Shown: positions 56,143 through 57,211 of the stretch, one piece after another | Position numbering within the stretch: position 1 is the first letter of the stretch | Layout: every line of letters starts with the position of its first letter | IMG/VR virus record: IMGVR_UViG_3300025632_000017 | Location: 1 to 57,211 of that record | Origin: a virus | Taxonomy: Duplodnaviria > Caudoviricetes | Direction: 5' to 3' (one strand) | Length of the DNA stretch: 57,211 bases | Notes under the pieces: generated by a model | Databases searched by the model: none | What the model saw: the letters and a program-made list of their open reading frames with translations, nothing else | What the model was told of the DNA's origin: nothing | Program-made: the position numbers and the translations under genes

Positions 56143-57211
56143 TTAATAGCCGAAGCTGGGATCTGCCGCCTGAAAGCCAGAGCGTTGTTTTGCGGGATTA
56201 TAGTCCCAGATGCTACTGCGTGGACGTGTCATAATACCGTAGCGTAAAGCGTCATACAAGTGATCTTCTGCATGAGTATCTACATCTTCTGGATTCTTCT
56301 TGTCCAGTGGAATGCTTGGTATCTGCGCAATGGTATTTGTACAGTTACTCATAAATACAAGACGAGGTTTATCTGTAAACTCATCTACCTGTAAACGCCT
56401 GTGTATTTCGTTCTTACCTGCGACACGTGAACCTCTTGACCGATCAGAGGGACGCCAACGACAACCCTTCATATTCATCTGCTCTGCCAAGCTAGGTCCA
56501 GTGTCGCCACGGTTGTGCCATAAAGAACTATCCAGCACCCCGTATCTTATTGTACCATCATGAGCTTCTGCTTCCAGTATAAGATCTGCTAGATCAGAAG
56601 CTGTTACTTTAGAGACATACATCTCACGGTACACAATTACTTGTTCATCAGGTGCTACAGCAAACCAGAGAACACCAGTGTAACTACCATAACCGTAATC
56701 GCAAGACCTAAACTTTGCCCAAGAGTCAGGTATCTCAAATGAGTCCACGACATGTATGTTTCTGTCAAACTCTGGAAAAGCCGCACCTTCATTAATATCC
56801 CAGTTACCTTCAAGTAACTGCTTACGCTGATGCTCCGGCAGAGAGAGAAGCATCGCTTCATAGTCGCCAGAGTCAGATAAGTACGGATTATCAAATAGAG
56901 AGGCTGGAATAAAGCGGCGCTTAAATAGAGGCTGGCCTTCTTTACTATGACCTTTAGGGTAGGTGATCGTTTCACCAGACTCAAGATGCGTTGCCCAAAA
57001 AGACTGGTTCGATCTTGAAGGGTCAATAAACATCTTTTTAACCCAAGCATGTCCACTTCCTCCGGGGTTTGTTGTTGCCCTCATGTAGAGGCCTAATTTA
57101 TTAGAGTGTGCAGACCTCAAGCGAGATCTCATATAATCCCAAGCGTAAGGTGAAGACCATTGAGTAAGTTCGTCAAATCCAATCCAGTTAAAAGCCTGAC
57201 CCTGATAGCGT
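56143..57211 (-). CDS. terL: Terminase large subunit, C-terminal part
   Basis: RATTNPGG, LFDNPYL, LLEGNW, DYGY, EDHLYDALRYG. Confidence 0.93.
   Translation of the reverse strand, partial: RYQGQAFNWIGFDELTQWSSPYAWDYMRSRLRSAHSNKLGLYMRATTNPGGSGHAWVKKMFIDPSRSNQSFWATHLESGETITYPKGHSKEGQPLFKRRFIPASLFDNPYLSDSGDYEAMLLSLPEHQRKQLLEGNWDINEGAAFPEFDRNIHVVDSFEIPDSWAKFRSCDYGYGSYTGVLWFAVAPDEQVIVYREMYVSKVTASDLADLILEAEAHDGTIRYGVLDSSLWHNRGDTGPSLAEQMNMKGCRWRPSDRSRGSRVAGKNEIHRRLQVDEFTDKPRLVFMSNCTNTIAQIPSIPLDKKNPEDVDTHAEDHLYDALRYGIMTRPRSSIWDYNPAKQRSGFQAADPSFGY
56807..57211 (+). repeat. Right copy of imperfect terminal overlap
   Basis: Aligns without gaps to 1..405. Confidence 0.95.

Larger units (their letters stand above)
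1..57211. mobile_element. Near-complete HMO-2011-type podovirus genome
   Basis: Full replication and morphogenesis gene sets; PolA with DnaJ-like insert; integrase-primase-helicase-pol order; ends overlap within terL. Confidence 0.9.

Noticed and set aside
27399-57056. Many short + strand and alternate-frame ORFs over the structural arm (and similar - strand ORFs over the replication arm)
   Set aside because: Shadow frames of long genes with clear motifs
1-57211. tRNA genes, rRNA, phage RNA polymerase, introns or inteins in polA, nrdJ or terL
   Set aside because: None recognised by eye; core genes are uninterrupted and of normal length. tRNAscan would be needed to exclude tRNAs fully

Overview
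Essentially complete (~56.8 kb, circularly permuted) marine podovirus genome of the HMO-2011 type. Host is probably an alphaproteobacterium such as a roseobacter (inference). Diagnostic features are a family A DNA polymerase with an inserted DnaJ-like CxxCxGxG zinc finger, a tyrosine integrase ahead of separate primase and helicase genes, and no phage RNA polymerase. The + strand (7.2-27.1 kb) carries early, replication and nucleotide-metabolism genes (thyX, mazG, class II RNR, glutaredoxin, phoH, 2OG-Fe(II) oxygenase, three free-standing endonucleases). The - strand carries packaging and virion genes. terL is split across the window ends, which overlap by a 405-bp imperfect repeat (two alleles). 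The most interesting unexplained part is the non-coding switch region (5.65-7.23 kb) and its neighbours. It holds a promoter-driven hairpin-rich RNA candidate whose loop is an anti-Shine-Dalgarno sequence complementary to the extended RBSs of the phage's own integrase, DNA polymerase and 20693 genes. Nearby on the same strand is an unannotated DUF1127-like small protein whose leader resembles that of the scaffold gene. Other candidates are a secreted/lipoprotein cassette, a structured early leader, a structured capsid 5' leader, a recurring 16-bp-spacer promoter and a possible Acb2/Tad1-like anti-defence gene. All assignments come from motif recognition by eye; no searches were run.
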